Positions 1 through 8,672 of a stretch of 49,462 nucleotides of DNA are shown one piece after another. Source of the stretch: Armatimonadota bacterium. Its GTDB lineage: Bacteria > Armatimonadota > UBA10988. The first letter of the stretch is position 1, and each line of letters begins with the position of its first letter. The notes below the pieces were generated by a model. It was not told the DNA's origin. It did not search any database and worked only from the letters and a program-made list of their open reading frames with translations. A program made the position numbers and the translations under genes. The stretch covers positions 1 through 49,462 of the forward strand of contig JACRKZ010000065.1 of NCBI GenBank assembly GCA_016235455.1, written 5' to 3'.

Positions 1-2
1 GC

Positions 3-707
3 TGCGCGGCGCTGTTGCTCGGCTGCGGCGCCGAGGTGCCCGCGGACACGCTCGACGCGCCACCCGTGGGCCGCACGCGGCATGACACCGCCGACGATGC
101 GCGCGCCAACTACGGCTGTCTGCCGCCACGCTGGGGCGAGTGGCGCCTGCGCATGGGCCTGCGCCGCGAACTGATTGAGCCCGACCTGGCTCAGCTTCAC
201 CCGACTGCGCTGGGCGCGCCGCCTCGGCGGCCGGCGCTGCCGGTCGCCGCCGACGAGGAACGCGCTGCCTACCAACTCGACAGCGCCATGCACACCGACG
301 GCTACACGCGGCCGGTGCTGGCCGCGGCCAGTGCTTTGTCCGGAGTGCCGATCTGTGCGCCGTTGGCGCAGCCGGCAGTGCGCGCGGCCCTCCTGGCGGC
401 GCCCGACGGTCCGCGCCGGGCCTGTCGGCGGCTGCTGCGCGAGCGGGTTCACAGCGATCTCAGCGAGCGCGCGCGCCGTCAGCCGCTGGGCCTGGAGGCG
501 CTTTGGCTGCTGGCCGGCGAAGGGCGGCCCTGGGCGCTCACGCCGGCGGCGGTGGCGCGCGGCGGCTGGTTCGATGCGGTGACAGTCGCGCACTGGCTGC
601 AACTGGTGGCGGCGCAGCCGCGCGATCCGGTCAACCGACTGCGCGCGCGGATGCTGGTGCAGGTAGCGGCCATCGGTCAGCGGCGCGAGGCCAGCATTTC
701 GCGGTAG
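3..707 (+). CDS. C-terminal part of a degenerate asparagine synthetase B-like (Asn_synthase domain) protein; 5'-partial
   Basis: Frame is open from the window edge. ALLLGCGAE resembles VVLSGEGADE, AASALSGVPICAPL resembles SMAHSLEVRVPFL, RRLLRERV..ERARRQP resembles KYLLR..RPKQGF, and RGGWFD resembles RGxFD. Motifs are in the right order but heavily diverged. Confidence 0.45.
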   Translation, partial: CAALLLGCGAEVPADTLDAPPVGRTRHDTADDARANYGCLPPRWGEWRLRMGLRRELIEPDLAQLHPTALGAPPRRPALPVAADEERAAYQLDSAMHTDGYTRPVLAAASALSGVPICAPLAQPAVRAALLAAPDGPRRACRRLLRERVHSDLSERARRQPLGLEALWLLAGEGRPWALTPAAVARGGWFDAVTVAHWLQLVAAQPRDPVNRLRARMLVQVAAIGQRREASISR

Positions 708-1846
708 AGTGCCGCCATGTCGCCCGCCAAGCGGTCGGCGGAGAAGCGTGTGAGCACGCGCTCCTGGGCCCGACGCCCCAGCGCCGCGCAGGCCGGCAGG
801 TCAGCCGCGGCGGCGAGCCACGCCCCCGTCAGCGCCTCGATATCTTCCGCAGGCACCAACCAGCCCGTCTCGCCATGGGTGACGATATCGGGCACACCGC
901 CCACGGCGGTGCAGAGCGAGGGCACGGCGCCCGCGGCGGCCTCGATCACCGCGACCGGCGTGCCCTCGTTGCGGCTGGTCAGGACCATGGCGTCGAGGTC
1001 CGCCACCAGGGGCGGCAGGTCTTGCCGGAATCCTGCGAAGTGCACTACCTCGGCGAGCCGTTCGTCGGCCACCCGGCGCTCCATCTCGCCGCGCAACTCG
1101 CCGTCGCCGAGGATGACCAGGTGCGCGTCGGGTCGCTGCGCATGGACGCGGGCGAAGGCGGTGAGCAGCAAATCGGGGCTCTTGATGGCGGTGAGCCGGC
1201 CGCAGAAGCCGAACAAAGGCGCGTCTGGGGCGATGCCAAACTCCGCGCGCAGCACACCCGACCGTGAGGCGCGCGCGAAGCGGTCCAGTTCGAGGCCGAG
1301 TTCCATGACCCGGATCTTGCCCGCCGGCGCGATGCCCAGATCGATCAGGTCCTGCCGTACCTGCTCGCTCACCGCGAGCAGCACGCTGCTGCGACGCGCG
1401 CAGAAGCGCTCCAGCCAGCGGAAGACCCGCTCCTTGAGCGGACCGAAGTACCCCCGGAGCACATGGCCGTGGAAGGTGTGGACGACGACCGGCACGCCCG
1501 CGCGCCACGCCGCGACGCGCGCCACTAAGCCAGCCTTGGCGGTATGCGAGTGCACGACGTCCGGCTTCTCGCGGCGCAGAATGGCGATCAACTCGCGCAC
1601 CGTGCGCCAATCGTTGCGGGGCGAGATCTCGCGCGACATGGTCTCCAGATAGAGTGGCGCCACACCGTGCTGCTCGGCATAGTAGGCCATGTCGCCCTCG
1701 GTGGGCGGCACACGGCCGGCCACCAGCACGCTGTCGAACTCCGGCGCGGCCAAGCGCTCGGTGAGCAGCGTGACATGGATGGCGGGACCGCCGACGTTGA
1801 GCCGGGCGATGACGCGCACGATCTTGATGGGTCGCTGATCTACCAT
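677..1846 (-). CDS. Glycosyltransferase family 4 (GT-B) protein
   Basis: IARLNVGGPA N-terminus, HSHTAKAG, HTFHGH, GRLTAIKS, and EX7E motif RNEGTPVAVIEA. Confidence 0.93.
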   Translation of the reverse strand: MVDQRPIKIVRVIARLNVGGPAIHVTLLTERLAAPEFDSVLVAGRVPPTEGDMAYYAEQHGVAPLYLETMSREISPRNDWRTVRELIAILRREKPDVVHSHTAKAGLVARVAAWRAGVPVVVHTFHGHVLRGYFGPLKERVFRWLERFCARRSSVLLAVSEQVRQDLIDLGIAPAGKIRVMELGLELDRFARASRSGVLRAEFGIAPDAPLFGFCGRLTAIKSPDLLLTAFARVHAQRPDAHLVILGDGELRGEMERRVADERLAEVVHFAGFRQDLPPLVADLDAMVLTSRNEGTPVAVIEAAAGAVPSLCTAVGGVPDIVTHGETGWLVPAEDIEALTGAWLAAAADLPACAALGRRAQERVLTRFSADRLAGDMAALYREMLASRR

Positions 1847-1857
1847 AGGACGGTAGC

Positions 1858-1886
1858 ACCATACCCGATGCCCGGCGGTCGGTCAA
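1858..1886 (-). promoter_or_regulatory. Putative sigma70-type promoter for the GT4 gene (TTGACC-17bp-TATGGT)
   Basis: Reverse complement of 1881-1886 is TTGACC and of 1858-1863 is TATGGT, with a 17-bp spacer, just upstream of the ATG at 1846. Confidence 0.6.
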
Positions 1887-1938
1887 CGGTGGTCTGCGGC
1901 GGCGTTCGGTCCAGGTCGCAGTCGTGCCGGCACTCTGC

Positions 1939-1967
1939 TTGACGGCACGATTCCGGTGGCGTACCCT
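1939..1967 (+). promoter_or_regulatory. Putative sigma70-type promoter for the ARH-GH127 operon (TTGACG-17bp-TACCCT)
   Basis: TTGACG at 1939-1944, 17-bp spacer, TACCCT at 1962-1967, followed by a GGAGGT Shine-Dalgarno before the ATG at 2001. Confidence 0.55.
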
Positions 1968-2000
1968 CCCGGCAGCCAGACCATGCCGGAGGTACCTGCC

Positions 2001-3377
2001 ATGTTTCCCGTCGACCGCACCAACTGGGCCAACCAGCCATGGCTGCTGACCAGCGCTGGTGACCTGCAGACAGAGCGCCTGCAGGCCGCCGAAGAGGGCC
2101 GCGACCTGAGCAGTGTCGAGGACGAGTTCGCCACGCTCGCCACGCTCGATTTGGCCGTGGAGGCCAACCAGCGCCGCGCCGAGGCGCTGCTGGACCAGGT
2201 GCAGACGCTGCCGACGGTGGACGGATACGCTTACCGCGAACCGTCCGACCTGGAGGGCATTCGGGCCGAGCGGCCGGCGCCCGTGGTCATCGATGCGGCC
2301 GCCGCCAGCGGCGAGGCACTGCGCGACAAAGCGCTTGGCGCCTGGCTCGGCCGTTGCGCGGGCTGCCTGGTCGGCAAGCCGGTTGAAGGCCGGCGCTCGC
2401 ATCAGATCCGGCGCTACCTGGAAGCCCAAGGCCGGTGGCCGCTGGACGACTACTTCAGCGCCACCATCGACCCCGACCTGGCCAAGGAGTGCGGGTTCAA
2501 CACCGGCTGGAAGGCGCTGTACGTCGAGGGCATCGACGGCATGGTCGAGGACGACGACACCAACTACACGGTGTCCGGGCTGGCCATCGTCAAGCGCTTC
2601 GGTCCCGACTTTGGGCCCGAGGATGTGGCGCGGTTCTGGTTGTCCGATATCCCCATCTTCCATGTGTGCACCGCCGAGCGGATCGCCTACCGCAACCTCG
2701 TCTGCTGCGTGCCGCCGCCGGCCTCTGCCTCGGTGCGCAATCCGTACCGCGAGTGGATCGGCGCGCAGATCCGGGCCGACTTCTATGGCTACGTGAATCC
2801 GGGCAACCCAGAGCGCGCCGCCGAGTACGCCTGGCGCGACGCCTCCATCAGCCACATCAAGAACGGCATCTACGGCGAGATGTGGGTGGCCGCCATGCTG
2901 GCCGCGGCCTACCAGACCAGCGATCTGGTAACCATCATCCGCGCGGGTCTGGCCCAGGTGCCCGCGGCCAGTCGCCTAACCGAACGCATCGACGGCGTCC
3001 TGGCCCTGCACGCGCGCGGCGCGAGCTACGAACAGGCCATTGGCTATGTGACAGCGCGTTGGGACGAGAACAAGGGGCACGACTGGTGCCACACGATCTC
3101 CAATGCCGAGATCGTGGCCGTGGCGCTACTGTGGGGCGAGATGGATATGACCCGGACCATCTGCCGCGCGGTCATGCCGGGCTTCGACACCGACTGCAAC
3201 GGGGCCACCGCCGGTAGCGTGCTGGGCGTGGTGCTGGGCGCGACCAATCTGCCTGCAAAGTTGACCGATCCCCTCAATGACACGCTGTACACCGGCGTGG
3301 CCGGCTACCATCGCGTGGCCATCAGCCAGATGGCCGACGAGACGATCGACCTGATCGCCCGAGTGCAAGGAGCTTAG
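2001..3377 (+). CDS. ADP-ribosylglycohydrolase (ARH/DraG) family protein
   Basis: GAWLGRCAGCLVGKPVEG, EDDDTNY (metal-binding TDDT-like), and GFDTDCNGATAGS (DTDT-like). Start chosen by the GGAGGT SD at 1988-1993. Confidence 0.85.
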   Translation: MFPVDRTNWANQPWLLTSAGDLQTERLQAAEEGRDLSSVEDEFATLATLDLAVEANQRRAEALLDQVQTLPTVDGYAYREPSDLEGIRAERPAPVVIDAAAASGEALRDKALGAWLGRCAGCLVGKPVEGRRSHQIRRYLEAQGRWPLDDYFSATIDPDLAKECGFNTGWKALYVEGIDGMVEDDDTNYTVSGLAIVKRFGPDFGPEDVARFWLSDIPIFHVCTAERIAYRNLVCCVPPPASASVRNPYREWIGAQIRADFYGYVNPGNPERAAEYAWRDASISHIKNGIYGEMWVAAMLAAAYQTSDLVTIIRAGLAQVPAASRLTERIDGVLALHARGASYEQAIGYVTARWDENKGHDWCHTISNAEIVAVALLWGEMDMTRTICRAVMPGFDTDCNGATAGSVLGVVLGATNLPAKLTDPLNDTLYTGVAGYHRVAISQMADETIDLIARVQGA

Positions 3378-3381
3378 TGCC

Positions 3382-5262
3382 ATGGCCAAGGCAGTCGCGC
3401 GGCCCGTGCCGTTCACCCATGTCCATCTCGATGACGTCTTCTGGGCACCCAAGCTGAAGGTCAACCGCGAGCGCACGCTGCGCGCGCAGTATGACCAGTG
3501 CCAGGAAACCGGCCGCATCGGCGCCTTCGAGCTGGGCTGGAAGCCGGGTGACCCCAACCAGCCGCACATCTTCTGGGATTCCGACGTCGCCAAGTGGATC
3601 GAGGCCGTGGCCTACTCCCTGGCCGATCAGCCCGACGCTGACCTCGAGAGGCTGGTCAACGAGGTGGCGGAGCTGGTCGCCTCGGCGCAGCAGCCCGACG
3701 GTTACCTCAACGTCCACTTCACTGTGGCGGAGCCCGAAAAGCGCTGGACCAACCTGCGCGATTGGCACGAGCTGTACTGTGCCGGCCATCTCATCGAGGC
3801 CGCCGTGGCGCACCACGCCGCGACCGGCAACCGCGTGCTGCTCGACGCGCTGTGTCGCTATGCGGACTACATCGGCACGGTATTTGGCACGGGCGAGGGC
3901 CAGAAGCGCGGCTACTGCGGGCACGAAGAGATCGAACTGGCGCTGGTCAAGCTGGCGGGCGCCACCGGTGAGCAACGCTACCTGGACCTGGCCAGCTATT
4001 TCGTCGACGAGCGCGGCCAGGGCGACCCGCACTACTTCGACGTGGAAGCCCAGGCCAGGGGCGAAGGCGTCGAGGCGCTGTTGCACCGCCATGGCGGGCA
4101 TTCGCGCTACGAGTACAATCAGAGCCACGTGCCGGTGCGCGAGCAGAGCGAGGCCGTCGGCCACGCCGTACGCGCCATGTACCTCTACTCGGCCATGGCC
4201 GACCTGGCCGGCGCGCTCGGTGACGATGCGCTGAAGGCGGCCTGCGAGCGGCTGTGGGCCGACCTGACCGAGCGCAAGATGTACGTCACCGGTGGCATTG
4301 GCCCGTCGAGCCGCAACGAGGGCTTCACGTCGCCCTTCGACCTGCCCAATGAGACCGCCTACGCCGAGACCTGCGCCGCCATCGGCCTGGTCTTCTGGGC
4401 CCAGAGGCTGCTGCAGCTCGATCTGGACAGCCGCTACGCCGATGTCATGGAGCGCGCGCTCTACAACGGCACGATCAGCGGCGTCAGTCTCGATGGCGAG
4501 CGCTTCTTCTATGTCAATCCGCTGGCCAGCAGCGGCGGCCACCATCGCCAGAGCTGGTTCGGCTGCGCCTGCTGCCCGCCGAACCTGGCCCGGATGATGG
4601 CCAGTCTGGCCGGCTATGTGGCGTCCACCACGGCTGATGGCGTGGCACTCCACCTCTATGCCGCCGGCACCATCGACGCCGACGGGCGCCAACTGACCGT
4701 AGCCACGGAGTACCCGTGGGACGGCACGGTGACCATCACCGTGGGCACGGCCGGCAACTGGGACCTGGCTCTGCGCATTCCCGGCTGGTGCCGCGACTGG
4801 TCGGTGTCGGTCAACGGCCTGCCGACCGAGGCCGAGGTGACCAAGGGCTACGCCGCGCTGCGGCGCGATTGGATGGCCGGCGATCAGGTGACCTTGAACC
4901 TGGCCATGCCAGTGGCTCTGGTCGAGGCCTGCCCGCGCGTCGGTGATGACCTGGGCCGCGTGGCGATCACGCGTGGGCCGGTGGTCTACTGCCTGGAGGC
5001 CGAGGACAACGGCATCGATCCGCGCCTGCTGGCCTTGCCCGCCGGCGCCAAGTTCGTCACGCGCTGGGAACCCGGCATGCTCGGCGGCGTGGTGGTCATC
5101 GACAGCGTGGCGTTGGCGCCGCGGCTGGATGGCTGGCAAGGCGAACTCTACCGGCCGGCGGGCAGCACCGCGTGGACTCAGGTCCCGCTGCGAGCCATCC
5201 CCTACTATGCCTGGGATAACCGCGACGCTGGTGCCATGGCGGTGTGGCTGCCGCTACACTGA
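3382..5262 (+). CDS. Glycoside hydrolase family 127 (beta-L-arabinofuranosidase HypBA1-like)
   Basis: FWDSDVAKWIEA, HELYCAGH, GHEEIELAL, GHAVRAMY, RNEGF, YAETCAAIG, GCACCPPN (Zn/Cys catalytic set), and IPYYAWDNR at the C-terminus. Confidence 0.95.
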   Translation: MAKAVARPVPFTHVHLDDVFWAPKLKVNRERTLRAQYDQCQETGRIGAFELGWKPGDPNQPHIFWDSDVAKWIEAVAYSLADQPDADLERLVNEVAELVASAQQPDGYLNVHFTVAEPEKRWTNLRDWHELYCAGHLIEAAVAHHAATGNRVLLDALCRYADYIGTVFGTGEGQKRGYCGHEEIELALVKLAGATGEQRYLDLASYFVDERGQGDPHYFDVEAQARGEGVEALLHRHGGHSRYEYNQSHVPVREQSEAVGHAVRAMYLYSAMADLAGALGDDALKAACERLWADLTERKMYVTGGIGPSSRNEGFTSPFDLPNETAYAETCAAIGLVFWAQRLLQLDLDSRYADVMERALYNGTISGVSLDGERFFYVNPLASSGGHHRQSWFGCACCPPNLARMMASLAGYVASTTADGVALHLYAAGTIDADGRQLTVATEYPWDGTVTITVGTAGNWDLALRIPGWCRDWSVSVNGLPTEAEVTKGYAALRRDWMAGDQVTLNLAMPVALVEACPRVGDDLGRVAITRGPVVYCLEAEDNGIDPRLLALPAGAKFVTRWEPGMLGGVVVIDSVALAPRLDGWQGELYRPAGSTAWTQVPLRAIPYYAWDNRDAGAMAVWLPLH

Positions 5263-5304
5263 GCAGCCGGCGAGCATGGCGGCCTACGGCCAACCGCCGC
5301 GCGC

Positions 5305-5333
5305 TTGACAGGAGGCGCCCGCGAGGGCATCTT
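5305..5333 (+). promoter_or_regulatory. Putative sigma70-type promoter upstream of the ABC transporter operon (TTGACA-17bp-CATCTT)
   Basis: Perfect -35 TTGACA at 5305-5310, 17-bp spacer, CATCTT at 5328-5333. Confidence 0.5.
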
Positions 5334-5362
5334 GTCGGCCTGGGAGCATTGATTTGCACAGC

Positions 5363-7690
5363 ATGGGCGGCGGCGGCGGACGAGGACGAGGGCGCCACGG
5401 ACCTGAAGGTGGCGCCGGTCCACGTCATGTCAGCCTGCGACAGCCTTTGCCCGAGGCGATCACCGCCTTCGCGGGCGAACTGGGCATCGAGCCCAAGATC
5501 GCCATGGCCGCGGACATCGATTCCGAGGGCCGGTTCGGTCAGCGTTGGGTGTTGGCTCAGCCGGGTCGGCTCGTGGTGGTGCAGGGCGAGACGCCCGAGG
5601 TGCTGCTCGATCTTGACCTGAGCACCGTGCGCGATTGGCGGATCGACAGCGGCATCGGCACCAAGGCGCTGGTGGCGTTGGTCGGTGCCGACCAGATCCG
5701 CGTCGCGCGCTTCTCCCACGCCTGTGCCGACCGCTTCGCCAAGGCCCGCAGCCGCTTGGCTGCCTGGGCCAAGGGCGAACAACTAGACGAGGTGGAGCAG
5801 GAGAGCGACGACGAGCGCGTCTGCTCGCGCTGCAAGTTGCCGCTGCCCGAGGGTAGCCGCGTGTGCCGCAAGTGCTTCGACCGCGGCCATGCGCTCAAAC
5901 GGCTTTACCACTACATCCAGCCGCACCTGGGCAAGCTGCTGACCATGCTGGCCCTGGTCTTGCTGAGCACGGGCCTCGGCCTGGTCATGCCGCAGTTCCA
6001 CGGTCTGCTGTTCGACCGCGTGCTCTCGCGCGCGCCCAACCCTGACCACATGGGCGGGCGATGGGTGCAGTGGATGATCGTCGCCCAGACGCGTGAAGGC
6101 GTGCTGGGGCAGATCGTTCTGTTCATCCTGATGTTCCAGATACTCGGCGCGTGCATCTCCATGGTGCGCGGCCGGGTGGCCTCGTGGCTGGCCTACTACG
6201 TGGTCCACGACATCCGCACCGAGCTGTATGACCATCTGCAGACGCTGACTCTGCGCTACTACGACAAGCGCCAGACCGGCGCGCTCATGTCGCGGGTGAC
6301 CAACGACACACGCGCCATGCAGGGCTTCCTGATCGACGGGTTTCAGAACCTGATCATCAACACCATCACGCTGGTGGGCATCGGCGCGTTGTTGCTGCAC
6401 GACAACTGGCGGCTGGCTCTCCTGACACTGGCGCCGGCACCGTTGGTGACCTTCCTGGCCACGGCCTTCTGGCGGCGCATCCGCTTGTACTACGGCCGGC
6501 TATGGCAGCGATGGGAACGCATGTCGGCGACCATCTCCGACAGCCTGGGCGGCGTGCGCGTGGTCAAGGCCTTCGCCGCCGAAGGTCGCGAATCCAAGCG
6601 CTTCGAACGCGACAGCCTGGACCTGGCCGAGGCCGGCACCGCCGCCAACACGCTGCGCGCCACGCTGACGCCGTGGCTCATGTTCGCCACCGGCTCCAGC
6701 GGGCTGCTCGTGTGGTACTTCGGCGGCTTGCAGGTGCTAACCGGGAGGATGTCCCCGGGCGAACTGGTGCAGTTCTTCGCCTACCTGGGCATGATCTACG
6801 GGCCGATCCAGTGGCTGTCCGACCTGTTCAACTGGTTCCAGGAAACGCTGGCCGCTTCCGAGCGCGTGTGGGAAGTGCTCGACGAGCAGCCCGACATGGT
6901 CGTCGACCGCGAGGCCACGCGCCTGGCCACGGTCGAAGGCCGCTTCGAGTTCGACAACGTCACCTTCGGCTACGAGCGGCATGAGCCTGTGCTGCACGAC
7001 GTCTGCCTGACCGTTGAGCCGGGGGAGATGATCGGCCTGGTGGGCCACAGCGGCGCCGGCAAGTCGACCATGATCAACCTCATCTGCCGGTTCTACGACG
7101 TGGATGAGGGCTGCCTGCGCATCGATGGTGTCGACGTGCGGAAGGTGCACCCGGAAGACTACCGCAAGCATATCGGCGTGGTCTTGCAGGACAACTACCT
7201 GTTCAACGGCAGCATTTACGCCAACATCGCCTACGGCGCGCCGGAGGCCCTGCCCGAGGCGGTCTTCGCCGCGGCGCTGGCGGCCAATGCGCACGAGTTC
7301 ATCGTCGGCCTGCCCGACGGCTACGACACCATCGTCGGCGAGCGCGGCCACCGCCTGTCGGGCGGCGAGCGCCAGCGGGTGAGCATCGCCCGGGCCATCC
7401 TGCACGATCCACGCGTACTGATCCTCGACGAGGCGACCGCCTCGGTGGACACCAAGACCGAGCGCGCCATCCAGCAGGCGCTGGAGCGCCTGGTCAAGGG
7501 CCGCACCACCTTCGCCATCGCCCACCGGCTGAGCACACTGCGCAATGCCGACCGGCTGGTGGTCATCGACAAGGGTCGCGTGGCCGAGATCGGCACGCAC
7601 GACGAGCTGATGAACAAGGAGGGCGGCGTGTTCCGCAAGCTGGTCGAGATGCAGACCGACATGAACCGCATCACCTACGTGGGAGGCTGA
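5363..7690 (+). CDS. ABC exporter (fused TMD-NBD) with long N-terminal extension containing a CxxC-x11-CxxC Zn ribbon
   Basis: Hydrophobic TM segments; Walker A GHSGAGKS, signature LSGGERQR, Walker B ILDEAT, H-loop AHRLST; CSRC...CRKC before the TMD. Start may be 5354 (TTG) or 5363 (ATG). Confidence 0.92.
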   Translation: MGGGGGRGRGRHGPEGGAGPRHVSLRQPLPEAITAFAGELGIEPKIAMAADIDSEGRFGQRWVLAQPGRLVVVQGETPEVLLDLDLSTVRDWRIDSGIGTKALVALVGADQIRVARFSHACADRFAKARSRLAAWAKGEQLDEVEQESDDERVCSRCKLPLPEGSRVCRKCFDRGHALKRLYHYIQPHLGKLLTMLALVLLSTGLGLVMPQFHGLLFDRVLSRAPNPDHMGGRWVQWMIVAQTREGVLGQIVLFILMFQILGACISMVRGRVASWLAYYVVHDIRTELYDHLQTLTLRYYDKRQTGALMSRVTNDTRAMQGFLIDGFQNLIINTITLVGIGALLLHDNWRLALLTLAPAPLVTFLATAFWRRIRLYYGRLWQRWERMSATISDSLGGVRVVKAFAAEGRESKRFERDSLDLAEAGTAANTLRATLTPWLMFATGSSGLLVWYFGGLQVLTGRMSPGELVQFFAYLGMIYGPIQWLSDLFNWFQETLAASERVWEVLDEQPDMVVDREATRLATVEGRFEFDNVTFGYERHEPVLHDVCLTVEPGEMIGLVGHSGAGKSTMINLICRFYDVDEGCLRIDGVDVRKVHPEDYRKHIGVVLQDNYLFNGSIYANIAYGAPEALPEAVFAAALAANAHEFIVGLPDGYDTIVGERGHRLSGGERQRVSIARAILHDPRVLILDEATASVDTKTERAIQQALERLVKGRTTFAIAHRLSTLRNADRLVVIDKGRVAEIGTHDELMNKEGGVFRKLVEMQTDMNRITYVGG

Positions 7691-7691
7691 C

Positions 7692-8630
7692 GTGGAGTAT
7701 CGCCGTCTGGGCCGCTCTGGCCTGAAGGTCAGCGCGGTGGGCCTGGGCACTTGGCTCACCTTCGGCCGGGACCAGGATCGTGACAACGCGGTAGTCGACG
7801 CCGCCATCGACGAGGGCATCAACCTCTTCGATACTGCCAACACCGACGCCAAGGGCCAGGCCGAAGTGCATCTGGGCCGGGCGCTGAGTCGCCATCGGCG
7901 CGACGACCTGGTCATCGCCACCAAGGTCTGGGGACCCATGGGCCCCGGCCCCAACGAACGCGGCCTGTCGCGCAAGCACCTGCGCAGCCAATGCGAGGCC
8001 AGCTTGCGCCGACTGGGCGTGGAGACCATCGACCTCTACCAATGCCAGCGGTACGACAGCGAAGTAACGCTGGACGAGGTGGTCGCCACCATGACCGACC
8101 TGGTGCGCGCGGGCAAGATCCACCACTGGGGCGTCTGCGGCTGGGACGAGAACCAACTGCACAACGCGGCGCAGATCGCCGATGGGCTCGGCCGCGAGCC
8201 ACTGGCCGCCTATCAGGCGCGCTACAACCTGCTCGACACCGAGGCCGCCGCGACCTTGTTTCCCACCTGCTGGCAGCGCTCGCTGGGCATCATCGCCTAC
8301 TCGCCGCTGGCCCAGGGGGTGCTGACCACGAAGTACGTGGGCGGCGGCGAGCCGGCCGAAGGCACCCGGCTGGCCGATGAGCGCTACGGCCGCAACGCGC
8401 GCGAACGCTACGGCGATCGCCTGCAGGCCGGCGTGGTCTACGCGGTGCAGGAAACCGCCTGGACGCTGAGCGCCACCCCGGCGCAAGTGGCCTTGGCGTA
8501 CGTCATTCGGCCCAATGGCGCCACGGCGGCGGTGTTCGGCGCCAGCACGCCCGAGCAGGTGCGCGAGAACGCTGGCGCGGCGACTCTGACACTGGAAGAA
8601 GGGCTCGCCCAGCGACTCGAATGGGCGTAG
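7692..8630 (+). CDS. Aldo/keto reductase family protein (Kv-beta/YajO-like), catalytic Tyr and His substituted
   Basis: YRRLGRSGLKVSAVGLGTW, FDTAN, VIATK, GLSRKH, SLRRLG..IDLYQ, YSPLAQGVLT, TPAQVALA. Confidence 0.9.
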   Translation: MEYRRLGRSGLKVSAVGLGTWLTFGRDQDRDNAVVDAAIDEGINLFDTANTDAKGQAEVHLGRALSRHRRDDLVIATKVWGPMGPGPNERGLSRKHLRSQCEASLRRLGVETIDLYQCQRYDSEVTLDEVVATMTDLVRAGKIHHWGVCGWDENQLHNAAQIADGLGREPLAAYQARYNLLDTEAAATLFPTCWQRSLGIIAYSPLAQGVLTTKYVGGGEPAEGTRLADERYGRNARERYGDRLQAGVVYAVQETAWTLSATPAQVALAYVIRPNGATAAVFGASTPEQVRENAGAATLTLEEGLAQRLEWA

Positions 8631-8672
8631 CCGTTCTGTTATGATGTGAGGTGCCACGAGGGAGCTGCGCGG

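Noticed and set aside
5363-7690. RiPP/bacteriocin peptidase-containing transporter
   Set aside because: No C39 peptidase motif and no precursor peptide or modification enzyme adjacent.
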